Positions 9,628 to 20,733 of a stretch of 64,000 bases of DNA are shown one piece after another. A model generated the notes under the pieces. The model worked only from the letters and a program-made list of their open reading frames with translations, did not search any database and was not told the DNA's origin. This stretch comes from Cyanobacteria bacterium J06626_4 (GTDB lineage: Bacteria > Cyanobacteriota > Cyanobacteriia > Phormidesmidales > Phormidesmidaceae). A program made the position numbers and the translations under genes. Each line of letters starts with the position of its first letter. Within the stretch, counting starts at the first letter, position 1. Location: positions 15,068 to 79,067 of the forward strand of contig JBCBJQ010000020.1 of NCBI GenBank assembly GCA_038523235.1, in the 5' to 3' direction.

Positions 9628-10452
9628 TTACGACAGCTCGGCTTGGGCCTGCTGGGTCAACTCATAAACTTGTTCTAAGGTTAGGGGAGTGTGGGTGGCG
9701 GCTATCGTCGCCATCATTTGCAGCCACAGCAAATACTCTAGATTGCCTGCCGGCCCCACGATGGGGGAATAGGTTAGGCCGCGATCGTCCCAGCCCAGCT
9801 GACGGGCTGCCATGAGCACCTGCCAAATGGCCTCAGCCTGATCCTTAGCCGAACGCACGACTCCATTTTTGCCCACCTTGGCTCGACCCACTTCAAACTG
9901 GGGTTTGATCAACAGCACTGCCTCTCGCGCTGGTGCAAGCAGCTGCCAAAAGGCGGGCAAGACCTTGCTGAGGGCAATAAAAGAAACGTCCATCACGCCC
10001 AAATCAGGGCGCAATGCCGTCTCGTTATACAGGTCAACCGGCGTCAGATGCCGGAGGTTCGTGCGCTCTCGCAAAATCACGCGGGGATCTTGACGCAGCT
10101 TCCAGGCAACTTGGCCGTAGCCCACATCAATGCCATACACCTGACGAGCCCCGGCCTGCAGCAAACAGTCGGTAAACCCACCGGTCGAAATCCCCCCGTC
10201 TAAACACACTCGCCCCGGAATCGAAATGTCAAACACCTGCAATGCCTTGGCCAGCTTTTCGCCCCCGCGCGAGACAAATGGGGCTTTTTGTTTGACCTTG
10301 AGTTCAGCATCTAGCGCGATCGCGGTGCCGGGCTTGTCCACCACTTGATGATCGACCTGTACCTCACCAGCCCGAATCACCCGCTGAGCTAACTGACGGG
10401 TTGCACACAGGCCGCGCTCAACCAACAAGACATCTAGGCGTTGTTTAGCCAC
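9628..10452 (-). CDS. tlyA: TlyA family rRNA 2'-O-methyltransferase (S4 + FtsJ domains)
   Basis: KQRLDVLLV, VSRGGEKL, GISTGGFTDCLLQ and LIKPQFE. GTG start at about 10452. Confidence 0.92.
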   Translation of the reverse strand: MAKQRLDVLLVERGLCATRQLAQRVIRAGEVQVDHQVVDKPGTAIALDAELKVKQKAPFVSRGGEKLAKALQVFDISIPGRVCLDGGISTGGFTDCLLQAGARQVYGIDVGYGQVAWKLRQDPRVILRERTNLRHLTPVDLYNETALRPDLGVMDVSFIALSKVLPAFWQLLAPAREAVLLIKPQFEVGRAKVGKNGVVRSAKDQAEAIWQVLMAARQLGWDDRGLTYSPIVGPAGNLEYLLWLQMMATIAATHTPLTLEQVYELTQQAQAELS

Positions 10453-10873
10453 AGGCAGCTCCAACTGGGAAACGTGAATCGACCAGGAATCTCTCACCTC
10501 TATGCTCCTAACCTCCTGATACCCACTTCTTCATGCTCTAACTCCCCATGCAATCTTGGCAACGCAGGGGAGCCCAGGGGCAGGGGGGCAAGATTGGTCG
10601 GCTGGTTGCAGAAAATCGGTATTTAAGCAGAAGTCACGAGAGAATCCCAAGTTTGAAGCCTCGCGGCCCTCAGGAGCAAAGGCCGTCAGCTTATTGAACT
10701 GACGGTGAAGAACCTGACGTTGGGGAATTTAGACGAAGATATCTCAGATGAAGATGTCTCATGAAAAGGAAGTTGGTGAAAGCAATCGCATTAGTGCTTG
10801 AAGTTTACTACTGAGCAATACCAACATCTCTCATAGAGACCGGCTCCAGCATCTGTTGGCCAGTGCGATGGCC

Positions 10874-11467
10874 CTACCCCAGCACTACCTCGTCAGCAAA
10901 ACTGACCCGCCGCATGAAGTCGAATGGCCCGGCTAATGAGCCCCACACATGTTCGTGAGTGTCGGGGTCACGGCCACGGTCCCAGCTGAGAAATTTCTCG
11001 TCGCTAATCTCAAATTTGTTGTCAAGGTAGGTCATTTTGCCCCGACGCTCGACCATGCAGGCGTTGCCTGGTTCAACCTGGCCCACAAAGCTATGGCCCG
11101 TCCACTCAATGTGCATATTGCAATGGGGCATCAGCGTCAGGCGATCGCGGGTCAATTGACTCAGCTGGTCGAGATTACGGGCGGCCCCATAAAAGCTCTC
11201 GACATCTTGAATGGTGTAGTTTTCTAGCTCAATGCGATCGCCGATAGGAAACAAGCGCAACACCCGGGCCCGGTAAGGCTCCTGCAGCATAAAGTCATAG
11301 GCCTGTTCAAGATACAGGCTAGCCCCATCGAGCAGGCTGTAGGGCAAAGGCCGCATGCAAACCCGGATGTGGGCATAGAGGGGGGGATTTTCGATCGCCT
11401 GCGGCTGGTTGCTAAAGTCCGCGGCCATCCAGCGAGTCAGGGTGGCGATATCAGTCGAGTGCGTCAT
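10874..11467 (-). CDS. cpcT: CpcT/CpeT family phycobiliprotein lyase
   Basis: MAADFSNQ.QA.ENPP.YAHI, YLEQAYD, PYR.RV, DRGRD and VWGS..GPF. Confidence 0.88.
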   Translation of the reverse strand: MTHSTDIATLTRWMAADFSNQPQAIENPPLYAHIRVCMRPLPYSLLDGASLYLEQAYDFMLQEPYRARVLRLFPIGDRIELENYTIQDVESFYGAARNLDQLSQLTRDRLTLMPHCNMHIEWTGHSFVGQVEPGNACMVERRGKMTYLDNKFEISDEKFLSWDRGRDPDTHEHVWGSLAGPFDFMRRVSFADEVVLG

Positions 11468-11636
11468 CGGTGGTTGAGACTTAATGGCCCTCAGTATTGT
11501 ACGACTCTGGGAGAGGGAGGGGAATGCGGAATGCGGAGTGGTGGGTTGGGGAGCCGGTGCGACAGGGGAGCGGGGGAGCAAGAGGAGCAGGGGGGAGGAT
11601 AACCGGTTTACAGGGACATGACTCCACTCATTCTGA

Positions 11637-12419
11637 TCAGCTGGAGGCACTGGTATAGAACCGCAGGGCAAATTGCCAAAACCAGCGCGAAAACTGCAGC
11701 AGGGCGATCGCGAGTCCGATTGATCCCAGAATCCAGGTCCACTCGACTTGGCCGAGGAGTGATTGAGCCGGTACAGTCGTGAGAAACGCGACGGGGATCA
11801 CAAAGGTAAAAAAGACTCGATAAATTGTCGGGTAAGCCACAACGGGAAAGCGACCCGCTTCGAGCAGACCTCGTAGCACCTCAGTCACGTTATAGATTTT
11901 GACAAACCAAATGCTAGTCGCACCCAACACAAACCACAGACTGTACAAGCTGAGGAAGCCAAACATGAGTGGCGGCAGGGCAATGAAATAAGCGAGGGGA
12001 TCAATTCCCAATCGCGACCCGGCATAACCAATCATCACGAGGCCGAAGAACAGATCGGGAATGCCCCAAGGCGATAGAGTGCGCGTCGAGAGCCAAAACT
12101 GCGAGCTGATTGGCTTTAGTAAGACAAAATCGAGGGTGCCTTCTTGCACCTGACTCACAATTTTGTTGAGGTTAGGAGCCAAAAAGGTCGCCGCAAACCC
12201 TTGCAGCAGCGTGAATACCCCTAGCACGATCAGCGCTTCTTCCCAACTCCAACCAGGGAATTCGTAACCGGTGCGATAGAACAAAAAGAGGCCAAACAGA
12301 CTGCCGATCAAACCGCCAACGCTGCTCAGCGCCGCGACTGAAAAATTGAGGCGATACTCCAACTCGGCAGCGATCGCGGTGCTCCAAAACAGCTGCAGCA
12401 CTTGCCAATATTTCTGCAT
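11637..12419 (-). CDS. ABC-2 type transporter permease
   Basis: ELEYRLNF, GTLDFVLLKPISSQF and YTSASS ending; multi-TM. Confidence 0.85.
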   Translation of the reverse strand: MQKYWQVLQLFWSTAIAAELEYRLNFSVAALSSVGGLIGSLFGLFLFYRTGYEFPGWSWEEALIVLGVFTLLQGFAATFLAPNLNKIVSQVQEGTLDFVLLKPISSQFWLSTRTLSPWGIPDLFFGLVMIGYAGSRLGIDPLAYFIALPPLMFGFLSLYSLWFVLGATSIWFVKIYNVTEVLRGLLEAGRFPVVAYPTIYRVFFTFVIPVAFLTTVPAQSLLGQVEWTWILGSIGLAIALLQFSRWFWQFALRFYTSASS

Positions 12420-13228
12420 TACGCCCCCATGCCGGAATATTGTCGCAACCCACGTCGCCAGAGCCAGCGATTCAACGCCAAAAAGATCAGCCCCCAAGCC
12501 AGCATTGTGGCAAAGCCCTGCACTAGAGCCGTGGGGCGGCCAATGATGATATTGGCCGGAAAGTAAATGAGGTAGGGAAAGGGCGTCCACAAGATGACCG
12601 CTCTAACCGTTTCAGGAAACACGTCCAGCGGCGCAATCATGCCGGAGGTAAAGATATACAGCAGATACCAAAACTGCTCGATCGCGTGGGCCCGCTCGGT
12701 CCAAAAGGCGAACATCGCCACCGTGTATTGAATGATGAATCGGAGACAAAAGGCACCGGCGATCGCGATCAGACCCAACAGTAAAGCGCGATGAGAAGGC
12801 AACCAGACGGCTTCGGGATAGAGCAGTAAGAAGGCAACCAGTAAAACCAGAATGAAGGGCAACCGAGCAAAGCGTTCCGACACGTGACTAAAAAAATGCC
12901 GCCACACCGGATCAATCGGCTGCAGCAAAAAGGCCGACAGCTTACCTTCAACCACTTCGCGCTCAAATTCCCAAATCACCCACACCACCGTCAGCTGGCG
13001 AACTAAAAAGACGACGAGAAAATAACGGATAAAGGCGATCGGCTCAAGCGCAAACTGACCGCCTTGAGATGCTTGCGCCCAAATCCCCATAAAAATCAGC
13101 GGAAACGTGCCAGAGAGCACCCAAAACATCAGCTCAGCCCGATATTCCACCATGTAGGCGTAATACACCGATAGCAAAATTCGCGAGACAGACAAAATTT
13201 TGCGGAGGGAACGAGCAGCAGTTGCCAC
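12419..13228 (-). CDS. ABC-2 type transporter permease
   Basis: EYRAE, GKLSAFLLQP and GLRQYSGMG; translationally coupled to the previous permease. Confidence 0.85.
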   Translation of the reverse strand: MATAARSLRKILSVSRILLSVYYAYMVEYRAELMFWVLSGTFPLIFMGIWAQASQGGQFALEPIAFIRYFLVVFLVRQLTVVWVIWEFEREVVEGKLSAFLLQPIDPVWRHFFSHVSERFARLPFILVLLVAFLLLYPEAVWLPSHRALLLGLIAIAGAFCLRFIIQYTVAMFAFWTERAHAIEQFWYLLYIFTSGMIAPLDVFPETVRAVILWTPFPYLIYFPANIIIGRPTALVQGFATMLAWGLIFLALNRWLWRRGLRQYSGMGA

Positions 13229-13513
13229 AGATCAGTGCCAGTCACGTCATAGGCAACTCTAGCGTTTTTTACCAAGACGCTACGCCTCCTCGTCCTCTGC
13301 TGATGAGCCGCAGCAAGGGTGTTCATGTTGAGCCTGTTGTTGTGTTGGGATCGCCGCTGTGCCCCCAACACAATCATTGCCACTGCCAGTCACCCATCTT
13401 CAAAGTAAGGGCGTTGAAAAATGCCTCAGGAGATTTTTAGCAAAGATCACACCGGCAAGATGGCTGGCTAATCCTGCCCTGACAGTACCCATCTGTGCTT
13501 AATCAGCAGTTAC

Positions 13514-14041
13514 CTAAGGTGCAGTGAAACCTTCGGGGAGCATGGCGTCAGTCAAGGTCGCGCCATCTAAAATCGCGTCGGCCAAATTGGTGTTGGTCAG
13601 GTTCGTCCCGGTCAAGTTGGCATCGGTGAAATCGGTGTCAGCCAGATTGGCATCTCGTAAGTAGGCACCACTAAGGTCAGCCCCCTTAAAGTTGGCTCCC
13701 CCCAAATTGGCCGAGGTCAACGCGGCGTTGGAGAGGTTGGCATTAGCCAAATCGGCATTTTGCAGATCCACACTATCCATCAATGCCCCGCTGAGATCAC
13801 CCCCAGCGAGTTTGGCATTGCTGAGGTTAGAGCGATTGAGCTTAGCTTCTTGCAGATTTTTACCCGCTAGGTCAACACCGGGTAAATCACAGTCCAGGCA
13901 TTCACCGGCAGTGGCTTTGGCGATCGCATCGGCCGAGAGGTCACTGGCCGGGGGCGACGAACAGCTAGCGATCCCAACACTTGCGAACACCAGCACTAAA
14001 CCGAAAAACTGAGCAGGGAGGGGAGTGGCTCTCATAGTCAT
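13514..14041 (-). CDS. Pentapeptide-repeat lipoprotein
   Basis: Hydrophobic signal with IASC lipobox, C..CDL, then A(D/N)L.. repeats. Start uncertain. Confidence 0.85.
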   Translation of the reverse strand: MTMRATPLPAQFFGLVLVFASVGIASCSSPPASDLSADAIAKATAGECLDCDLPGVDLAGKNLQEAKLNRSNLSNAKLAGGDLSGALMDSVDLQNADLANANLSNAALTSANLGGANFKGADLSGAYLRDANLADTDFTDANLTGTNLTNTNLADAILDGATLTDAMLPEGFTAP

Positions 14042-14421
14042 ACATCGAAGCGAAAGTCCTACCAGTCTAGCGGGACTTGCAGGTCTTGTCGGGTGGTTAT
14101 TCATGACTGCTAAAAGAGCCGATGTCATCCCGCATTCAGCCACTCGCTGAGTCTATAAGGCGATTGCGGCCAAGCCTTTGATCAGGCTTTGTCGGCCTAG
14201 TTGATGACGCTTGCTAGAGCGGCTCATGCGCTCAACTTGCCCAAAATACATGGCAGCGGCGGACGCCAAAGACTGGCAATTGAGCTGCTATCGGGCCAGG
14301 GTATTATTGCAAGCCACTGCCATCAAGGCTATTATCTGGTGAATAAATCTATTGCGCCCAGCCTTTGCAAGCACCGGACCATTGACCTGGTGGCTGCAGC
14401 CATGGCACCAGGTCAGAGCCG

Positions 14422-15210
14422 TTGATATCACCTTCTCAAATCAATCCCAAAGTCTTGATTCCGGTTGTCGTTTTGGCGCTCTCTGCCGGCGCTCACAGCT
14501 TGCTGCTGCTGGTGCCGATGCCGCAGTCGTCAGAGTCGGCCTTGAGACCAAACCCTCCGGAGACTGAGTCGGACTCAATCGCGGTCATCATGCTGCCAGA
14601 AGCCCCTGAAGCCGAAGTCGCCGCAGTTCCCGAGGTCACGCGGCCAGCCGAACCAGTAGCTCCGCCAGTCGCAGAGTCGGTGCCTTTGCAACCTAATGTC
14701 ATTTCTGAGCCGGTGCTGTCGCCGGCTCCTAACCCCGACAGCCTGTCTGCCCCTGAGCCCGGCCTTGACACCGATCCTGAACTACCTCCTGAAGACGGTC
14801 TAACATCCCCTGGCTTTGTCGACCCGCAACCGGCTGCTGACCCGGCCTCGATCGGCCCCTTAGTGGGCTACAGCGATACGTTTCCCCATGCTGCTGGCGC
14901 AGAGAGTGGCTGCTTTGGCTTGGGCGATTGTCGGCGAGTTGTGGGGGGTGGCAACCATCGCGCAGTGGCGGCATCTCTGATTAACGATTTAGAAAATGAA
15001 GGCTACAGCGTTGATCAACGAGATGACTTGGACGATACCGGTCGGAACGTCTATGAAGTGATCTCACCGGGTGCCACCACCACTCAGTATCTAATCGTAT
15101 TTTCTGATGGGCTCGAGTCAGCAGTTTATGTCATGAGTGATGAAATTATCACGCTGGCTGAGCTGCAAGAGTTGGCAGTTCAAGGTGTGCGAGATCTAGG
15201 GTTAGGGTAA
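14422..15210 (+). CDS. Membrane-anchored Pro/Glu-rich hypothetical protein (TonB-like N-terminus)
   Basis: N-terminal TM with S-x3-H (LSAGAH), then a Pro-rich linker and a globular C-terminus. Ends 13 bp before futB. Confidence 0.6.
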   Translation: MISPSQINPKVLIPVVVLALSAGAHSLLLLVPMPQSSESALRPNPPETESDSIAVIMLPEAPEAEVAAVPEVTRPAEPVAPPVAESVPLQPNVISEPVLSPAPNPDSLSAPEPGLDTDPELPPEDGLTSPGFVDPQPAADPASIGPLVGYSDTFPHAAGAESGCFGLGDCRRVVGGGNHRAVAASLINDLENEGYSVDQRDDLDDTGRNVYEVISPGATTTQYLIVFSDGLESAVYVMSDEIITLAELQELAVQGVRDLGLG

Positions 15211-15223
15211 TGGGGGGACTGCA

Positions 15224-16915
15224 ATGACGCTTGTAAAGACCGAACAGCTGCCCCAACGATCGCGCTTAGGATTTTTACCTGTTTCCGGTTGGTCAATTGG
15301 GGTGATCGTTATCGCCCTGCTAATTGCTACCCCCCTGATCGCGGTGGTGGCCGGTGCATTCAGCAATTGGGGAGACGACACAGCCAGCGCCATCTGGACT
15401 CACCTCGCGACCACGGTACTGCCCAGCTACATCGCCAATTCATTGGGGCTCATGGTCGGGGTGGGCATCGGCGTCCTAGTTTTAGGAGTTAGCACTGCCT
15501 GGCTGGTGACGATGTGCACCTTCCCTGGTTGGCAACTCTTTGAGTGGGCCTCGCTGCTGCCCCTTGCCGCCCCAGCCTATTTGCTGGCCTATACCTACAC
15601 CGATTTTTTGGAATATTTCGGGCCGGTGCAAACGACCTTGAGAACCCTGTTTGGCTGGCAGAGCGCGACGGATTACTGGTTCCCCGATGTGCGATCGCTG
15701 GGCGGCGCAATTGTGCTATTCAGCTTGGTACTTTATCCCTACGTCTACATGCTGGCGCGGGTGGCCTTTCAAGAGCAATCACTCTGTACCTTAGAAGCCA
15801 GCCGCTCATTGGGTTGCACGCCCTGGCGCAGCTTTTTTACCGTGGCTTTACCGCTAGCCCGTCCGGCGATCGCCGCTGGTACGGCTCTAGCCCTGATGGA
15901 AACCCTGAATGACTTTGGTACGGTGGAATATTTCAGCGTGCCGACCTTTACGACCGGCATTTATCGCACCTGGCTCGGCATGGGCGAACGGCTGGCAGCG
16001 ACTCAACTCGCCAGCGTTTTACTCTTATTTATTGCCGTTTTGATTGCGCTAGAGCGGTTTTCTCGCCGTCAGGCTCGCTATTACCAGGCCGTGGGCAACC
16101 AGCCCTGCTTCTCACGCTTTCATTTGACGGGCCTGCGGGCGATCGCGGCACTGCTCACCTGCGCCCTACCCATTGCCCTGGGGCTGCTACTGCCCGGCTT
16201 GGTGCTGCTATGGATGGCGCTGGCCAATCTAGACAAATCTCTGAATCGTGAATTTGTTGACCTCGCCAGCCACAGCCTGATTCTCTCGGGGGTGACGGCA
16301 GCGATTGGCATCTTATTAGCGTTAGTGCTCAGTTATGGGGCACGGCTGCACCCTGGCCGCAGCGTTTGGTTGAGTGTGCAAGTGGCCTCTCTCGGCTATG
16401 CCGTGCCGGGGGCGGTGATCGCGGTGGGCATCATGATGCCGGTAGGGCGTTTAGATAACGCCATTGACACTCTGGCCGAACAGGTCTTTAACGTTTCGAC
16501 GGGGCTGCTGCTGAGCGGCACCATCACCGCGCTCGTGTTTGCCTACTTAGTCAGATTTTTAGCGATCGCTATCAGCACCGTTCAGGCGGGGCTCACTAAA
16601 ATTCGTCCGACCCTAGATGATGCTTCCCGCAGCTTAGGCAACAGTCCCACGAAAACCCTGACCCAGGTGCATGCCCCGTTGCTAAGCGGCAGTTTGTTGA
16701 CGGCGGCAGTGCTAATTTTCGTTGATGTGATGAAGGAGTTGCCCGCGACCCTCGTTATTCGCCCCTTCAACTTCGATACTCTGGCCGTCCGCGTTTTTCA
16801 ATACGCATCTGATGAACGACTGGTCGATGCAGCAGTGCCCGCCCTGGCGATTTTGATTGTCGGCATGCTGCCGGTAATCTTGATTAGCTATCAAATCAGA
16901 GCGGCCAAGCTGTAG
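15224..16915 (+). CDS. futB: Fe(III) ABC transporter permease FutB
   Basis: LYPYVY, EASRSLG, METLNDFG, DVMKELPATL and RPFNFDTLA; duplicated permease halves. Confidence 0.9.
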   Translation: MTLVKTEQLPQRSRLGFLPVSGWSIGVIVIALLIATPLIAVVAGAFSNWGDDTASAIWTHLATTVLPSYIANSLGLMVGVGIGVLVLGVSTAWLVTMCTFPGWQLFEWASLLPLAAPAYLLAYTYTDFLEYFGPVQTTLRTLFGWQSATDYWFPDVRSLGGAIVLFSLVLYPYVYMLARVAFQEQSLCTLEASRSLGCTPWRSFFTVALPLARPAIAAGTALALMETLNDFGTVEYFSVPTFTTGIYRTWLGMGERLAATQLASVLLLFIAVLIALERFSRRQARYYQAVGNQPCFSRFHLTGLRAIAALLTCALPIALGLLLPGLVLLWMALANLDKSLNREFVDLASHSLILSGVTAAIGILLALVLSYGARLHPGRSVWLSVQVASLGYAVPGAVIAVGIMMPVGRLDNAIDTLAEQVFNVSTGLLLSGTITALVFAYLVRFLAIAISTVQAGLTKIRPTLDDASRSLGNSPTKTLTQVHAPLLSGSLLTAAVLIFVDVMKELPATLVIRPFNFDTLAVRVFQYASDERLVDAAVPALAILIVGMLPVILISYQIRAAKL

Positions 16916-16968
16916 GCGATCGCGGCTGCAGTTGGCTTCACGGTGAATGTGATAATCGGTCTAAAGGC

Positions 16969-17295
16969 TTAATCAGGCGACCACACAAATTTGATTCGTA
17001 AGTTTCCCTCATCCGCCGATTGACTCACCAACGCCCCTGCCACCGGGTCGATCTTGATGCCAAATTCGAGTTCGCAAGCAGCAGGCGGTGTCGGCAGTTT
17101 CGCCAAGGTCTCAGACGTGCGGTTAGCCAGGGCTTGAATCGTGCCCATAGCCTGCACAAGTGCCTGCGCTGATTTCGTCGCGAGTTCTTGCGGGTGACGA
17201 CAGGTCGCGGTTGTTTTACCTCGCCCATCACTCATTTCAAAGAGCACAATCGACTCTTCTGAGGAGGTCACCGTTTGAATAATGTCGCTGTGCAT
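16969..17295 (-). CDS. Trypco/CU044_2847-like small protein
   Basis: P..cELEFGIK.....G.lV.....egnl.ik..W pattern typical of trypsin-co-occurring domains. Confidence 0.65.
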   Translation of the reverse strand: MHSDIIQTVTSSEESIVLFEMSDGRGKTTATCRHPQELATKSAQALVQAMGTIQALANRTSETLAKLPTPPAACELEFGIKIDPVAGALVSQSADEGNLRIKFVWSPD

Positions 17296-17890
17296 AGCTT
17301 TGCTGAAGAGTTATCGCTGGTTTCTGATTGTAGTCAAAGCGGTTGCCGTTAGGAACGGGCGCATCCCCAATTTGCAAATCCATGAATGCATTTAGGGCGG
17401 GTATCTTGCCCGCGATCAGAGCTAGGCATACAAAACTGAGATGCACTCTTAGGCACTCTGTCGGAAGACCACTTGCGATCGCGCCGCCCCCATTGCCGCT
17501 GGCATATGCATATCTTTAAGCACTTGCTGGATGACGTCAATCCAGGCTTGAAATCAAGATGCCCGGCTAAAGTTCATAAGTTTTTCAGCCTCACAATTTT
17601 TAGCCGCCACCCAGTGAACGCCATCGTGATCCCAGCAGAGCCTGAGCCGTTATGCATACCCTTGGACAAGCAATTCACTGCAATTAAAGAAGTATAAACA
17701 TTGCTTTAGATATCAAGCGTAAGCAGTAATCTACTGGGCAAGTGTTTTAGCAAGCATGACCCGCGATCGCGGAATTAGATGCTGGTTTTCGCCAGTTAAA
17801 AACTTAGTTTTCGACTGGGCCAGGTTCTTTCTCTTTCGCTTTTTCTCAAAAATTTTTACCCAGATGCCACTGAGGTGTGAAGACGAACGC

Positions 17891-18448
17891 ATGATTTCAC
17901 ATACATCTATTTCATTAGCGGCCACGTCAGCCATCGTCTTGAGTACGACGCTGGCCATATCTGCTGCTCAGGCCCAAGAACCGATGCTGACGGACACGGT
18001 ATGGGAACTGCAGCAAATTCTTTATAACAACGACACTTTGTTAGAGCCGACTAATCCCGCTGATTACACAGTTCAGTTTTTTGCAGATGGCACCGTGGGT
18101 GTGCAAGCCGATTGCAATGTTGTTCGCGGTACCTATGATGTGCAACGCGATTTTATTGCCCTAGGGCCTTCCACATTGGCAGCCTGTGGGCCTGATTCAA
18201 TCGATGACGAATATCGCCGAGGCCTAGAAGACGCGGTGGGTTATTTTTTCGAAGACGGCGATCTGTACATGGACTTGCCGGTTGATGTAGGTACGCTCAG
18301 GTTCTCTCCTGCGCCAGAAATTGCCGAGGAATCTCCCGAAACGATGGAAGAACCGATGGTCGAGGAGCCGGTATTCGAACCTGAACCGGCAGTGGAACCT
18401 GAGCCCGAGGTGGAACCCGAGCCCGAACCAATTCGAGGACTGTGGTAA
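17891..18448 (+). CDS. Secreted META (HslJ) domain protein with Glu/Pro tail ending PIRGLW
   Basis: Signal peptide ending AQA, LTDTVWEL, YTVQF..DG.V...ADCN and STLAAC. Confidence 0.8.
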   Translation: MISHTSISLAATSAIVLSTTLAISAAQAQEPMLTDTVWELQQILYNNDTLLEPTNPADYTVQFFADGTVGVQADCNVVRGTYDVQRDFIALGPSTLAACGPDSIDDEYRRGLEDAVGYFFEDGDLYMDLPVDVGTLRFSPAPEIAEESPETMEEPMVEEPVFEPEPAVEPEPEVEPEPEPIRGLW

Positions 18449-18889
18449 GTCAACTCGAAGTCTAGCGGCCCTTGGGTTGGCGGATGGGGCACCGCATTTC
18501 TCCCAAGCCCTCTCGAATTGGCACAGTGCCGCTTTAAGCTGCATTGCTATCGGGTCAGATAAGCGGTAGGCTGCGAGCGCTCATGGTTCCGCCGGCGAGA
18601 CGACATGGAAAATCTGACAAATCTAGATGTGGTGTTAGGCGGTTTGGCGATCGCCATCCTAGTGGGTGGGCTGTGGATGCTGCTAGATGGCACGAGCAGT
18701 CTAGGCGATTAGGGAAAATGAGCGGCGATGCCCACTCGCTCAGGACGCTATTTTGAGCAGCGTCCTGAGCGCCCCAGTTTGGCAGGCCGCTCCCCTTCCA
18801 GCGAGCGACGTGGTGCTAGAGAGGTGATGTCTAAGTCCACAACTCTAAACATTGGTATGCTGCCCACAGAGCTGTACCCTTGGTCGGCG

Positions 18890-19648
18890 TCAGACTTTGC
18901 CAAATCGGCGATGACGCTTTTGATAGGCACAGAGGGCACGGTGAAACTCCGTCGGATCAAAATCAGGCCAGAGCGTATCAGTGACATAAAGCTCAGCGTA
19001 GGCGAGCTGCCACAGCAAAAAATTGCTGAGCCGCATTTCTCCGCTGGTGCGAATTAACAGGTCAGGGTCTTCGAGATTGGCGGTGTAGAGATGATGACTA
19101 AAGAGAGACTCATCGATGTCTTCAGGGGCTAGTTGGCCCCGTTGTACTTGAGTCGCGATCGCGCGACAGGCCTGCACAATTTCTTGGCGACCGCCGTAGT
19201 TGGTCGCCACGGTAAAGCGAATGCCAGGATTGCTTTGGGTTTGTTGCACGGCTCGATCAATCTCCTCCTGCAAGGAAGCCGGCAGCGACTGTAGATTACC
19301 GACAAACTGAATGCGGACGCCTTCTTTGTCCATATCTCTGAGTTCTTGACGCAGCACTCGCTCAAACAGCGTCATCAAAAAGTCCACTTCTTCTAGGGGA
19401 CGACCCCAGTTCTCCGTCGAAAAAGCATAGGCTGTCAAGGCCCCAACGCCCCAGTCACTGCAAGTACGCAGCAGCTTTTTGAGCGTGTCAACCCCGCGTC
19501 GGTGGCCCATGATGCGGGGTAACCCCTGCTGTTTGGCCCAGCGCCCGTTGCCATCCATGATCACCGCGACATGGCGCGGCAGTTTTTGCGTATCAATATC
19601 AGTAGGTAGAGAAGAGGTGACAAAAGGCTCAGCGGTCATTTTTTCCAC
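18890..19648 (-). CDS. uppS: Isoprenyl transferase (undecaprenyl diphosphate synthase)
   Basis: [21 protein letters not shown] and [14 protein letters not shown]. Confidence 0.96.
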   Translation of the reverse strand: MEKMTAEPFVTSSLPTDIDTQKLPRHVAVIMDGNGRWAKQQGLPRIMGHRRGVDTLKKLLRTCSDWGVGALTAYAFSTENWGRPLEEVDFLMTLFERVLRQELRDMDKEGVRIQFVGNLQSLPASLQEEIDRAVQQTQSNPGIRFTVATNYGGRQEIVQACRAIATQVQRGQLAPEDIDESLFSHHLYTANLEDPDLLIRTSGEMRLSNFLLWQLAYAELYVTDTLWPDFDPTEFHRALCAYQKRHRRFGKV

Positions 19649-20561
19649 GAGGGGCCGACGACGAAAAGCGGAACAAACGTTGCAGGAGCGATCGCCCCTG
19701 CCGGAGCAACCGTTTGCTCAAGCTCTTGAGTTGAGGGCTGACGGCATCTCGATCAACGGATAGAGATAGCCGGGCGCTCAACAACTCCCTTAGTTTACTG
19801 CTGGTTAGGGGCCGATTTAGCCTTCCCCTTTCGGCTAAAGAGATTGACCCCGTTTCTTCAGAAACAACGATACAGAGACAATCTTCAACCCGTTCAGTAA
19901 TGCCCATGGCGGCCCGATGGCGAGTGCCCAGCTGGCGTGAAGCCGAGCGTTCAGAAATGGGTAAAATCACGCCCGCTGCCAGTACCCGCGAACCCCGCAC
20001 TAACACCGCACCGTCATGCAGCAGCGTACTGGTTTGAAAAATAGTTTGCAGGAGTTCTCGCGAAACTTCCGCATTGAGTTTGACTCCCGGCACCGAAAAA
20101 TCCCGCTCGTCAATCGGGCGATCAGTTTCCACAATAATCAGCGCCCCAATGCGATTTTGCGATAGCTCTTTAGCGGCATCCACCAGTTCATCGACGACAT
20201 TATCAGGCTGGGGGGTCAAATCGCGATCGGGCAACACCAGCAGCTGGCCTAACCGCCCCCGGCCAATTTGCTCTAGCAGTCGCCGAAATTCGCCCTGCAA
20301 GATAAAGGCCATCGCGACCGCCGCCCCAATCACCAGCTTATCGAGCACAAAAGCCAGTAAAGACAGACCAATATGTCGGCTCATCGTCGCTGCTAACAGC
20401 AGAATAATGAACCCCCGCACCATCCATAGGGTGCGGCGTTCACCAATGAGCACCAGGATGGTGTAGACCAGTAGCACAACCAGCACGCCATCCAAGAGTC
20501 TTAATGGCCACCCCCTAATGATGTCGAGGATGATCTGCCCTAGCTCCCAGAATTGCCCCAT
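19629..20561 (-). CDS. cdaA: Diadenylate cyclase CdaA
   Basis: Three TM helices, [12 protein letters not shown] and VSEETG; lysA-cdaA-uppS order. Confidence 0.95.
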   Translation of the reverse strand: MGQFWELGQIILDIIRGWPLRLLDGVLVVLLVYTILVLIGERRTLWMVRGFIILLLAATMSRHIGLSLLAFVLDKLVIGAAVAMAFILQGEFRRLLEQIGRGRLGQLLVLPDRDLTPQPDNVVDELVDAAKELSQNRIGALIIVETDRPIDERDFSVPGVKLNAEVSRELLQTIFQTSTLLHDGAVLVRGSRVLAAGVILPISERSASRQLGTRHRAAMGITERVEDCLCIVVSEETGSISLAERGRLNRPLTSSKLRELLSARLSLSVDRDAVSPQLKSLSKRLLRQGRSLLQRLFRFSSSAPRGKNDR

Positions 20562-20733
20562 GTGCAGTGCCGTAGCTTAGTTTCAACGGTTGGGTGCCTA
20601 GCAATCGTGCCAGCTGGGGCACTGTGGCCCAGAGGCTCCCAACCGGTTCGCTCGCGCCTTGACAGCGTTTGAAGGATAGCCACTCAGACCCGCGCCGGGT
20701 CACGCTTTTCCCTCAAGAACAGTTGACCTCGTC

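Noticed and set aside
11510..11600. G-rich short repeats (GGGGAGC-like); similar tracts at about 10565 and 51820
   Set aside because: Short, degenerate intergenic repeats common in filamentous cyanobacteria; not a CRISPR array and with no regular spacers.
13514..14041. Pentapeptide-repeat protein as a HetL-type HetR partner
   Set aside because: It has a lipoprotein signal, so it is exported, and such proteins are abundant in cyanobacteria.
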